48,105 bases of DNA, taken from the NCBI GenBank assembly GCA_947306315.1, contig CAMZGF010000001.1, positions 1 through 48,105 of the forward strand. Direction: 5' to 3'. The translations under genes and the position numbers were made by a program. Shown piece after piece: positions 36,404 through 45,309 of this stretch. The first letter of the stretch is position 1, and each line of letters opens with the position of its first letter. The stretch comes from an uncultured Candidatus Saccharibacteria bacterium. Lineage in GTDB: Bacteria > Patescibacteriota > Saccharimonadia > Saccharimonadales > Saccharimonadaceae. The notes under the pieces were generated by a model. The model ran no database searches. It was not told where the DNA came from and saw only the letters and a program-made list of their open reading frames with translations.

Positions 36404-37708
36404 ATGAAAAATCTCCATATAAAAACAGAACAAAAAACATCCATTATAAATAGTATCGGTGTCTTCTCAGCCTCACTCTTTGTAGTAGCAGCTGCTACAT
36501 ATATTCTAAATCCTACTGTTGGCACTTTTGCCGATGATTCTAGCACAGTTCAGGTTAACGTTAATATTGACTCAGTTATTGCACTCAGCTCTAGTGCGGA
36601 TGAGCTTAATCTTAGCGCAAACGTTAATAGCTTTGTTAGTGATTCAATAAATGTCGATGTAACGACAAACTCTCAATATGGATATACTCTAACCATTGAA
36701 GATAGAGACGCCGATTCTAGTATGATCCATATAAATTCGGCAGTTTCAGACAAATTGACTTCTGAGTTTGCTGGTGCAAAAACTTCAGAGCAAATGGCTG
36801 ATAATACTTGGGGCTTCTCCCTTGATGGAACTGACTATTATTATGTTCCTGTATCTGGTAATCCTGCAGCTTTGAAGCGAACTGCTTCAACCACTTCGTC
36901 TTCATATGACCGCACTGCGGTCAGTTTCGGCGCAAAAGTTGGTCCAACTCTCACTGCCGGTACCTATACTGACACAGTCCAATTTACGGCATACGTTAAT
37001 GGTTTGGATGGGAATCCGGAAGACGGTACTACTCCAGGAAATCTCGGTGTAGTTCCATATAATCCATGTAAGGATGCTGCGTATGTTTCTAATGGTATAC
37101 TTACGGATCCACGTGATGGCAAAACCTATACAGTTAAAGCTCTTAAAGATAATCAATGTTGGATGACACAGAATTTAGCGATTGTTGATGCTGAGCTTAC
37201 TAGCGCAAATTCGAACCTTCCAGATGGAGTAACCTTTACTATCCCAGCAAGCTCGACGGATAATTTCTCACCAAGTAATCATAATGCTGCTTATCTTCAA
37301 GCAGAACCAGGTTACGGTGCTCTGTATAGCTGGTATACCGCAACTGCAGGGTGGGGAACTACTGATGTAACGAGTGGTAACTCACCACAAGATATTTGTC
37401 CGTTTGGTTGGAGAATGCCAACTGGTGGTCCTAATGGTGAATATATGAAGCTTATGACCGATTATTATCCTGGTGAGAGCTATGCGGACCCACGTCCATT
37501 CGCTAACGAACTTGGATATGTGCTCTCGGGTAGCATTGACTATGGCTACTTAAGCGCGCAAGGTAGTCGTGGCTTCTATTGGACCTCAACCGCCTATAGC
37601 GCAAACAATGCAAACTTCTTCTATATTAGCGGTTCAAATATTAATCCAAATAATGATTATGCTAAATATTACGGTTATTCCGTACGTTGTGTTGCTGAAA
37701 AGGAATAA
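36404..37708 (+). CDS. Secreted protein: WxL/pilin-like N-domain plus FISUMP domain, paralog C
   Basis: Same N-domain; DPRDGKTY, CWMTQNL, YGALYSW, CPFGWRMPT, YWTST and GYSVRCV. Confidence 0.85.
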   Translation: MKNLHIKTEQKTSIINSIGVFSASLFVVAAATYILNPTVGTFADDSSTVQVNVNIDSVIALSSSADELNLSANVNSFVSDSINVDVTTNSQYGYTLTIEDRDADSSMIHINSAVSDKLTSEFAGAKTSEQMADNTWGFSLDGTDYYYVPVSGNPAALKRTASTTSSSYDRTAVSFGAKVGPTLTAGTYTDTVQFTAYVNGLDGNPEDGTTPGNLGVVPYNPCKDAAYVSNGILTDPRDGKTYTVKALKDNQCWMTQNLAIVDAELTSANSNLPDGVTFTIPASSTDNFSPSNHNAAYLQAEPGYGALYSWYTATAGWGTTDVTSGNSPQDICPFGWRMPTGGPNGEYMKLMTDYYPGESYADPRPFANELGYVLSGSIDYGYLSAQGSRGFYWTSTAYSANNANFFYISGSNINPNNDYAKYYGYSVRCVAEKE

Positions 37709-39535
37709 TTAACTTAAATCATTCTTCGTGAGGGCCTTGCAGTTAGCGACAAGCCTTGCAGCGAAGGCGTTGCGTGCTTCATCTGCATTGTTGTTGTCGC
37801 CCTTCCATGCTTCAAGCGCTGGTGCTTGAAGTGCACGTGCAAAAGAGAATGTGACTGGCCAAGGGAATGGACCATTATTTGTGATTTCCTGAAGGTTTGC
37901 AGTAGCTTGTTCGACGGTTTGTCCACCAGAAAGAAAAACTACGCCTGCAAGTTCCTTTGGACAATATTCACGAAGAATTTTTGCTGTCCATTCGCCAACT
38001 TCTTTAGGAGTACTCTGTCTTTCAAATTTTTTACCGGCAAGAATCATGTTTGTTTTGAGAATACATCCCTCTAGATTTACGTTGAATTTCTCGAGTGTTC
38101 TAAACAAACAATATAAAATACTTCCAGTCACTTTTGCTGACGTCTCAATCGAATAATAGCCATCGTAAACTACTTCTGGCTCAACGATCGGAACTATGCC
38201 GGCATTCTGACAGTCTTTTGCGTATTGTGCGAGAATTTCGCAGTTTTTCTCAATTGCATACTTCGAAGGGGTCTTAATTGTGACATTATCGCTTCCAACA
38301 CCGTCGAGTGTAACCTCAAAAGCTGCGCGCCATTTTGCAAAACGTGCGCCCATTTCATAATATTCAGCAAGTCTTTCCGGAAGTCCATCGAGACCTTTTG
38401 TATATTTCTCTTTAGCGTATTCCGGGTCTGAGAATGATTCTAGTCCTTGGTCAACTTTTATTCCAGGAACAATTCCAAGAAGCGTTAAATATGAAACAAA
38501 ATCACTTCCATTGTCAGCTTTTTGCCTTGCGGTTTCATCAAATAAAATTATACCATTAACATACTTATTGAGATCGTGTGTTGTAAAGAAAATATTTCTG
38601 TAATCACGACGGTGTTCTTCGTCATCCAGTATTCCGGCTTCTTCGAATTTTTTATGGATTGATCCACCGCTTTCGTCAGCTGCTAAAATTCCGCGTCCAG
38701 GGCTTACGATTGTTTTTGCAATAAGGCGAAGATTACCTTCCTTTCTATGTCTCTCCTCTAAAATTTCAGTAAGTCGATTTACTGTTAGGGTCTCGGAGAG
38801 AGTTGCATTTTCTGCGTTAATTGCGGCCATTTCTAGAGCTTCTTTTGTGCTTTTTCCGCTGAGCATTGAACAGAAAATCGTTACGGCCACAATTGAATAT
38901 GACGTGAGATGTGTCATTAGATCATTCCGAGAAACTTTGTATCGGCGTACTATACTCCCACATTTTATTTCTTGATCCAGGATTGTGCAAACGACACCCT
39001 TTTGTGGAAGTTCCTTTAGTTCGCCATCGGCGAATACTAAATCTGCTATTTTTACTAATTCTTCAACTTGTTCGTGATAATTTTTTGTCGTAACGAATAT
39101 CGCGAGCTTTGCGTTACTTAATCCAATGTAGTTTTTGATTCCAGTTATTAAATCATCGCTTATTTCTGTAGAGCGATCAACAAAAATCCAGTCAACTGGT
39201 TCATTTGGCGCGATAAATTTTGTAGCGGCTCTTTCTGTTGGTACAAAGTAAGAAATATTATCGCCAACCGACATGATATAGCGGTAAGTATCGGCGACGT
39301 GGTTCTCTGGGTTATAACCAGAAATGGACGCATCAAGTCCAAATTTCTTAAAAACTTCTAACGTAACCAATGCGCCACCAAAAACTGAAGTTCTTGAAAA
39401 AAATGAATGACGTTCGCCATTAAAGGCAACATCCATCCATGGTGTACCGTTCTCGTCTGTTTCAAAACGGTTTTGTCTCTCATCGAGGCTAAGATAGACA
39501 TCTTTGATGATGTTCCCAACAATCAAAATACGCAT
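37709..39535 (-). CDS. Class I fructose-bisphosphate aldolase fused to a degenerate N-terminal PfkB/ribokinase-like domain
   Basis: C-terminal half: GILAADES, GIKVDQG, FAKWR, PIVEPEV, LKTNM, FLSGGQ and TFSFARALQ. N-terminal half: ILIVGNIIKDVY...GGA...ALEMAAINA. Confidence 0.9.
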   Translation of the reverse strand: MRILIVGNIIKDVYLSLDERQNRFETDENGTPWMDVAFNGERHSFFSRTSVFGGALVTLEVFKKFGLDASISGYNPENHVADTYRYIMSVGDNISYFVPTERAATKFIAPNEPVDWIFVDRSTEISDDLITGIKNYIGLSNAKLAIFVTTKNYHEQVEELVKIADLVFADGELKELPQKGVVCTILDQEIKCGSIVRRYKVSRNDLMTHLTSYSIVAVTIFCSMLSGKSTKEALEMAAINAENATLSETLTVNRLTEILEERHRKEGNLRLIAKTIVSPGRGILAADESGGSIHKKFEEAGILDDEEHRRDYRNIFFTTHDLNKYVNGIILFDETARQKADNGSDFVSYLTLLGIVPGIKVDQGLESFSDPEYAKEKYTKGLDGLPERLAEYYEMGARFAKWRAAFEVTLDGVGSDNVTIKTPSKYAIEKNCEILAQYAKDCQNAGIVPIVEPEVVYDGYYSIETSAKVTGSILYCLFRTLEKFNVNLEGCILKTNMILAGKKFERQSTPKEVGEWTAKILREYCPKELAGVVFLSGGQTVEQATANLQEITNNGPFPWPVTFSFARALQAPALEAWKGDNNNADEARNAFAARLVANCKALTKNDLS

Positions 39536-39606
39536 ATTAATTATATTTTAACATAAGCGTAATGATTTTTGTACCTCAAGTTTACCTAATAAGTCATTTG
39601 TTTAAG

Positions 39607-39632
39607 GAAAAAGAAAACCCGCAGGATGCGGG
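39607..39632 (-). terminator. Intrinsic terminator after rpmA
   Basis: Minus strand CCCGCA-tcc-TGCGGG-TTTTCTTTTT. Confidence 0.75.
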
Positions 39633-39639
39633 CTGACTT

Positions 39640-39912
39640 TTATCTAACTTCGACGCGAACGCGTGGGAGTGATTTTCCAGAGAAGTGGGTCTTCTTTGTC
39701 TTCACGAAGACGACGACACCATCTTTTGCTGCGTGAATAGTAAAGTTCCTTGACATGTATGTACCAGGACCAGCAATTTTGGTTGAGCCAGTTTGGCGAA
39801 CGAGAACTTCACCGTTCCTAACTTTTTGTCCACCAAAGCGCTTAACACCGAGGCGTTGACCAGCGTTATTGTGGACGTTCTTGGCGGTACCGCCAGCTTT
39901 AACGTGTGACAT
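39640..39912 (-). CDS. rpmA: 50S ribosomal protein L27
   Basis: MSHVKAGG, QRLGVKRFGGQ, LVRQTG and TIHAAKDGVV. Confidence 0.96.
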   Translation of the reverse strand: MSHVKAGGTAKNVHNNAGQRLGVKRFGGQKVRNGEVLVRQTGSTKIAGPGTYMSRNFTIHAAKDGVVVFVKTKKTHFSGKSLPRVRVEVR

Positions 39913-39915
39913 ATC

Positions 39916-41031
39916 TTACTTTTTCCTTAATACTATTATTTCTCGAGCCACAATTTGACCATCTCTAAAATAGAGCATATCCTCTTGACTCAAGTGGTTT
40001 AACTTCACTACATTATACCCCATATCTGTCAATTCGTCAAGAATATTTAGTCGTTCGTAGTGGCCGTTTGGTCTGAGCCATGCTGGCACAGCTAATGCAA
40101 GTGGAGTACCGCTCTCAATCTGAGTGGAGACGTTCTTCAAAAAGCCTAAAATTATTGATTTGCACTCAGCCTTTTGCTCTTTTAGCTTAATCTCGACTGG
40201 CGGTTGACTCATCGGTGCACCAAGATAAGTTTCGCAAGCGATTGCATCGATCTTCTCGGTCCAATTAAACGAGGTTGCATCACCTTGTTCAACCTTAAAA
40301 TCTTTTGCATTGAGCCACTTTAAGTTCTTTTCAGAGTATTCAATCATGCGATCAGAGAGATCTGTACCATATACTTTATATCCCATAAGGGAAGCTTCTT
40401 GGAGAACAACACCAGTTCCACAGAATGGATCGAGCACTCTTGCGTTGTCTCCTAGTGGACCACAAAGGTTAATTAAAATTTGAGCAAGTTTTGGCGGGAG
40501 CATGCCAACTCTTGCATCTCGTGCAGGACGAGCCTGATCGCGATTTTTGTATGCAGTGATATTCTGTACGCCAACAAGCACATACCATTCTCGGCCATTA
40601 ATCAAAAACTCAACGTGACCATCTTTTTCACCCATCTGGTTATGGTGAGATGTTGCAGTGGAAAGAGCTGCGTCAGTATTTTGGAGTACTCTTGCTGAAC
40701 GACCTTGGCGAGAAAGAATCTTTTTGATTTTTAGTGCTTCGCCTTGAGACTTAAACTTACGCGCACCTTTTGAATAATCTGATATTCCAATTGTAAATTT
40801 TCCAGAGAATTTTCCGTTTTCAGTATTCAGATTCATCAAATAATCTACTGGATTTTCAGAGATTAGACGTCCAATTTTTAGTGTTCCGCCGAAATGATTA
40901 ATATCGACGCTCTTGTCTGATTCAAAGACTGCAAGGTTTGGCGCGATTTTCTTTACACTCTCACCAAAATAAGCCGAGAGTTCGGCCAGAGAAATGTCAG
41001 ATAGTCTGCCCAAGACTGCTAAATACTTCAT
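39916..41031 (-). CDS. Trm11/TrmG10-like SAM-dependent RNA methyltransferase
   Basis: RDARVGMLPPKLAQILINL, VLDPFCGTG, GTDLS and QGDAT. Confidence 0.75.
   Translation of the reverse strand: MKYLAVLGRLSDISLAELSAYFGESVKKIAPNLAVFESDKSVDINHFGGTLKIGRLISENPVDYLMNLNTENGKFSGKFTIGISDYSKGARKFKSQGEALKIKKILSRQGRSARVLQNTDAALSTATSHHNQMGEKDGHVEFLINGREWYVLVGVQNITAYKNRDQARPARDARVGMLPPKLAQILINLCGPLGDNARVLDPFCGTGVVLQEASLMGYKVYGTDLSDRMIEYSEKNLKWLNAKDFKVEQGDATSFNWTEKIDAIACETYLGAPMSQPPVEIKLKEQKAECKSIILGFLKNVSTQIESGTPLALAVPAWLRPNGHYERLNILDELTDMGYNVVKLNHLSQEDMLYFRDGQIVAREIIVLRKK
40012..40040 (-). promoter_or_regulatory. Gene-internal promoter driving rpmA
   Basis: Minus strand TTGACG-17 bp-TATAAT, 100 bp upstream of the rpmA ATG. 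Confidence 0.7.
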
Positions 41032-41075
41032 AATCCCATATATTATAACATAAAAATAAGTGGTATAATAGTGGC

Positions 41076-42170
41076 ATGTTTAGAAAGATTCTGTCAATTA
41101 TTACACTCATTCTTGTAGCCTTTGTTATATACAAAGCATGGCCAGAACTAACAGAAACAATTGGTTGTGTAACTGGTGGGGCTTGTCCTGACGGCGGTGA
41201 GTTTAGTATTAATTTATTCATTGTTTTACTTCTCATCCCAGAACAACTATTTATGTATTTCACGGCTGGCCAGATTTTCTTCTCTTATATGAAAGCAAAG
41301 AAGACTACGAAGGAAATTAAGCCATGGCAGCTTGCACGTATCTCATTTGAACTTAATTTTGTGAATCACGCCGTACCAAGTGGTGGTGTTTCTGGTCTTG
41401 GTTATATTGCATGGCGACTTCATGAGTTCGGCGCAACCGCTGGACAAGTTAGTTTTATGTATCTTCTCCGTTATATTATTACAATTGTCGCAAATCAAAC
41501 TCAGACAATTTTTGCAATTGTGGTTCTACTCCTCTGTAATGCCGTTCCAAATGACGCAATGTGGATGGTTGGGCTAGTTGGCCTAATGTCAGTTGGCATT
41601 ATTGCTGGAATCGCACTTGGTATTGCTGTTGCAAGCAAAAGAAAACTCATCAATTGGTTCAGCAAAATTGCTGCAAAAGTTTGTAATAACTTCGTAGAAG
41701 GAATAACTTTTGGTAAGAAAAAGAATGTTCTTCCATATAAAAAAGTGAACAAGTTTTTTCTTGATCTTCACGAAGATTTACTCTCTGCAAAGAGAGACAA
41801 AAAGATTTTAGTAAAACCAGTTTTATGGGGGATTGTCTATAATTTTCTCGAAATCGCAACCTATGAAATCGTTGCAATTGCGCTCGGTCATCCAGAAATT
41901 TTCCCACAAATCATGGTCGCAGAAGCACTTGCTTCAGTCATCGGCGCAATTGTCCCGCTACCTGGTGGTGTCGGCGGTTATGAAGGTTCAATGATTTATA
42001 TCATCACAAAACTCGGCACACCACTTCCAATCGCATCAACCGTCGTAATTGTTACTCGCGTCATTGTGCTCATGAATACGATTGTTTCCGGCTATGGATT
42101 CTACCAAAATGCCATTTCGAAAATCGGTAAAAACGATCGTAAAAAGATCATGGAGATGAATGGAGAATAA
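41076..42170 (+). CDS. Lysylphosphatidylglycerol synthase TM-domain (UPF0104, flippase-like) protein
   Basis: NFVNHAVPSGGVSG and VPLPGGVGGYE; multi-TM. Confidence 0.85.
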   Translation: MFRKILSIITLILVAFVIYKAWPELTETIGCVTGGACPDGGEFSINLFIVLLLIPEQLFMYFTAGQIFFSYMKAKKTTKEIKPWQLARISFELNFVNHAVPSGGVSGLGYIAWRLHEFGATAGQVSFMYLLRYIITIVANQTQTIFAIVVLLLCNAVPNDAMWMVGLVGLMSVGIIAGIALGIAVASKRKLINWFSKIAAKVCNNFVEGITFGKKKNVLPYKKVNKFFLDLHEDLLSAKRDKKILVKPVLWGIVYNFLEIATYEIVAIALGHPEIFPQIMVAEALASVIGAIVPLPGGVGGYEGSMIYIITKLGTPLPIASTVVIVTRVIVLMNTIVSGYGFYQNAISKIGKNDRKKIMEMNGE

Positions 42171-43245
42171 GTTTTCCGTCTCAGATTTTATTGTATACTG
42201 CAACCAAACTTTAGAGTATGCGTATACAGGCTGCATTATTGAAGGTGAAGTTTCGGAAATGAAAACTTCGCAAGGGAAATGGGTCTTCTTTTCTTTGAAG
42301 GATGAAGGTGGCTCGATTGATTGTTTTATTCCAATTTGGCAACTTCGCATTCCAATCGAAGATGGCATGAAGGTGATTGTGCGTGGTACACCAAAAATCA
42401 CAAACTGGGGTAAATTTAGTTTTACGGTCCAAGCCATCATGCCAGTTGGACAGGGTAATATTAAGAAGAGCTTCGAACTTCTTAAAAAGAAACTCGAAAG
42501 AGAAGGTCTCTTCGATCCAGCTAAAAAGCGCCCACTCCCAAAAGATATTTCGAAAATCGGTGTCATTTCTTCGACCCAGGCTGCCGGTTATGCTGATTTT
42601 ATTAAAATCGTAAATGAAAGATGGGGCGGCCTCGAAATTAAAGTATGCCATACGCAGGTCCAAGGGCTCGTTGCGCCAGACCAAATCATCCGTGCACTTA
42701 ATTATTTGAATGAACATTCTGCAGTTGAAATTATCGCAATTATTCGTGGCGGTGGCTCAGCGGATGATCTTGCTTGTTTTAATGATGAGAAACTTGTGCG
42801 TGCAATTGCCGCTTCGAAAATTCCAGTTATTACCGGCATTGGGCATGAGGTTGATGAAAGTCTTTCTGACCTTGCTGCAGATGTCGTTGCGTCTACTCCA
42901 AGTAATGCGGCTCAGATGTTGACGAAAGATAAAAAAGCTGAAATTCGAAATCTTCACGATAATATTTCTCATATTTACACTCAGATCTCGTCGCGCGTTG
43001 ATTTAATCATTAATGATTCAAAGATCAAGACCTTAAATATATCGACAAAAATATTGAGTGCTATTGAACTTTATGAAAATAAAATTGAAAGTTTTGTGAA
43101 TGTCTTAAAAAGTCTAAATCCAGAAAATATTCTTAAAAATGGCTATGCGATTATTAGAGGCGATATAAAAGTTGGAGGTGAAATTGAGATTGAGATGAAA
43201 TCGAGAAAAATTAATGCAAACATAACGAAGGTAAAGGAGAAATAA
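42160..43245 (+). CDS. xseA: Exodeoxyribonuclease VII large subunit
   Basis: GEVSE, FSLKD, EGLFD, IRGGGS, TGIGHEVD, TPSNAA and LKNGYA. Confidence 0.96.
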   Translation: MENKFSVSDFIVYCNQTLEYAYTGCIIEGEVSEMKTSQGKWVFFSLKDEGGSIDCFIPIWQLRIPIEDGMKVIVRGTPKITNWGKFSFTVQAIMPVGQGNIKKSFELLKKKLEREGLFDPAKKRPLPKDISKIGVISSTQAAGYADFIKIVNERWGGLEIKVCHTQVQGLVAPDQIIRALNYLNEHSAVEIIAIIRGGGSADDLACFNDEKLVRAIAASKIPVITGIGHEVDESLSDLAADVVASTPSNAAQMLTKDKKAEIRNLHDNISHIYTQISSRVDLIINDSKIKTLNISTKILSAIELYENKIESFVNVLKSLNPENILKNGYAIIRGDIKVGGEIEIEMKSRKINANITKVKEK

Positions 43246-43442
43246 TGCCACAGAAGAATATTAACGAAAAAATAGACGAACTCAATGAAAAAGTTGAGTG
43301 GTTCTATGGCGAAGACTTTAAACTTGAAGAAGCAAGCCAAAAATATAAAGAAGCCACAAAACTTGCGAAAGAAATTGAAGTAGATCTGAAGAGTCTTAAG
43401 AACGATATTAAGATTATTGAAGAAGATTTTACGAAAGAATAA
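43245..43442 (+). CDS. xseB: Exodeoxyribonuclease VII small subunit
   Basis: 65 aa helical protein (LEEASQKYKEATKL), TAATG-coupled to xseA. Confidence 0.85.
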   Translation: MPQKNINEKIDELNEKVEWFYGEDFKLEEASQKYKEATKLAKEIEVDLKSLKNDIKIIEEDFTKE

Positions 43443-43481
43443 ACTTGATTTTTTCAATAAACATAAGTAAAATAGAACCAT

Positions 43482-44201
43482 ATGGAAAATAGTGGGCAAT
43501 TTGGTCAAAATATAAATAATTTCCAGGGGCAACCACAGCCTATGTCGGCCCCAGCGCCAGAAAAGAAAGATCATTCCGGACTCATAAAAACTGTCTGTCT
43601 ATCTTTTGTGTCGTTAATTGCAATCACCTTTATTGGGCTCTTTATCTACATGTATTTTCAATATGATGCAGCACATACTGATCTTGAGGGACAAATCGAC
43701 AAGGCTGTAGCTGAGGCAGAAGCGGAAATCCGTGAGACTTTGGAAAAGACTTTTGCGGAAAAAGAGAAATATCCATATCTGACTTTTGGTGGTCCAACGG
43801 ATTTTGGCGCATTAACTTTTGAGTATCCAAAAACCTGGAGTGTTTATGTTCCTGATGATGCATCGCATGCTGATGATTATCATGCGTACTTAAATCCCGG
43901 AGTTGTAAGTGTTGTATCTGATGATACTGTCATGGCACTTCGCGTTAGTATTATTAATGCCCTTACCGACACGGTAAAAGAAGATTACGCTGACAAAGTA
44001 GAAGATGGTGAAATGACAGTTAGCTCAAAAGTTGTTAATGGCGTTAACGTTGATGTCTATAAGGGTCTGCTTGATTCAGATTACTATGGTATAGTATGCA
44101 TCTTCAAGATTCGTGATAAGACTGCAATCATCCAGACGGATGCATATATCTTCGAAGCAGATTTCAACCGCGTTCTCGAAACAATTAGATTTAATGCATA
44201 G
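43482..44201 (+). CDS. Membrane-anchored protein with possible PsbP-like extracellular domain
   Basis: TM, coiled coil, FEYPKTW motif and C-terminal FNRVLETIRF; promoter TTGATT-17-TAAAAT. Confidence 0.7.
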   Translation: MENSGQFGQNINNFQGQPQPMSAPAPEKKDHSGLIKTVCLSFVSLIAITFIGLFIYMYFQYDAAHTDLEGQIDKAVAEAEAEIRETLEKTFAEKEKYPYLTFGGPTDFGALTFEYPKTWSVYVPDDASHADDYHAYLNPGVVSVVSDDTVMALRVSIINALTDTVKEDYADKVEDGEMTVSSKVVNGVNVDVYKGLLDSDYYGIVCIFKIRDKTAIIQTDAYIFEADFNRVLETIRFNA

Positions 44202-44203
44202 AT

Positions 44204-44227
44204 AAAATCCGGCGTGGCCGGATTTTT
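44204..44227 (+). terminator. Intrinsic terminator
   Basis: AAAATCCGGC-gtg-GCCGGATTTTT. Confidence 0.8.
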
Positions 44228-44243
44228 GATGTATAATAAAGAT

Positions 44244-44933
44244 ATGGCAGTGGAGGTTGATTCTGTTTTTGTGGTAGCGCATGAGCTGAAAAGCCCGCTC
44301 TCGATTTTGCGCCAGTTGGCTCTGTCTATGGATTTTGATGATCAAAAAACGTTCGAGAAAACTAGAAATCAGATGGTCCAAGTTTCTGAGCGCGCGTTGC
44401 GTCAAGTTAATGATCTTACAAAGATTAATCGGCTCGAAGACGGTTTATTTACACTTGAGCCAGTTTCTGTCCGTGCAATTTGTGATGAGGTGACATCGGA
44501 GCTTCGTTATTTGTATCGTGCAAACCATCGCGATATTTCTGAAAAATATACTAATAAATCTCGTCTTGTTATTGCGAATCGCGACCTCTTATATTCTGTA
44601 ATTTACAATTTCTGTGCCAATGCGATACATTATTCAGATGAGGGAACTCGTGCTGAGATTTCGGTTCGTGACAAGAAAGGCCGAGTTGAGATTCAGGTTC
44701 GAGATTTTGGGCCAACTCTTCCGACAAAAATTTGGAAAGATATGAAGCGCGGCTGGATTAGTGAACCAACGTCTGTCGCGATGCGACCAGGCTCAAGTGG
44801 TCTTGGTCTCTACATTGCATCGAAGTTTAGTAAGTATATGAACGGTGAAGTGTCTGCTGTTCGCCACAGAGATGGAACAAGTTTTACTTTAGTCCTTCCG
44901 GTTTCTACTCAAGCAAATCTTTTTGGAGAATAA
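44244..44933 (+). CDS. Histidine kinase core (HisKA plus HATPase_c) with no sensor domain
   Basis: AHELKSPL (H box), NFCANAIHYS (N box), RDFGP (G1) and GLGLYIA (G2). ATG 44244 lies 6 nt after TATAAT. Confidence 0.88.
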   Translation: MAVEVDSVFVVAHELKSPLSILRQLALSMDFDDQKTFEKTRNQMVQVSERALRQVNDLTKINRLEDGLFTLEPVSVRAICDEVTSELRYLYRANHRDISEKYTNKSRLVIANRDLLYSVIYNFCANAIHYSDEGTRAEISVRDKKGRVEIQVRDFGPTLPTKIWKDMKRGWISEPTSVAMRPGSSGLGLYIASKFSKYMNGEVSAVRHRDGTSFTLVLPVSTQANLFGE

Positions 44934-44934
44934 A

Positions 44935-45309
44935 ATGAGCCTCGCATATATTATCGAAGATAATGAAATTATGAGTGATCTTTTTTCACGTTATCTTTCT
45001 GGGATATGTGAAACAAAAGTTTTTCATGATGCTATCTCGGCGATAAATAATATTTCACGCGATAAACCAGATATGATTTTCCTTGACATCCTTCTTACTG
45101 GCCCAGATGGCTTCACATTCTTAAATGAAATTGTAAGCTACGAAGATACGGCAAAAATCCCGGTCGTAATTGTTTCATCACTCGACCTCAAAACTGAAAA
45201 TTTAAAAAGCTACAATGTTTTTAAAATTCTAAAAAAAGAAGAGTTGATTCCAGAGGATATAAAAAAGACTGCGCGCATGCTTTTGGAGAAAAAATATGCA
45301 AACAAATAG
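44935..45309 (+). CDS. Stand-alone response regulator receiver domain
   Basis: IIEDN, FLDILLTGPDG, VIVSS and conserved Lys; GGAGA SD before ATG 44935. Confidence 0.9.
   Translation: MSLAYIIEDNEIMSDLFSRYLSGICETKVFHDAISAINNISRDKPDMIFLDILLTGPDGFTFLNEIVSYEDTAKIPVVIVSSLDLKTENLKSYNVFKILKKEELIPEDIKKTARMLLEKKYANK

Noticed and set aside
11591..44243. Longer ORF-track starts for pcrA (11638), 18850, uvrA (28460) and the kinase (44214), plus folD (830) and the receiver (44923)
   Set aside because: These extensions run through promoter boxes, terminators or upstream genes. Downstream ATGs have an SD, a -10 box at leaderless spacing, or directly follow the upstream stop.
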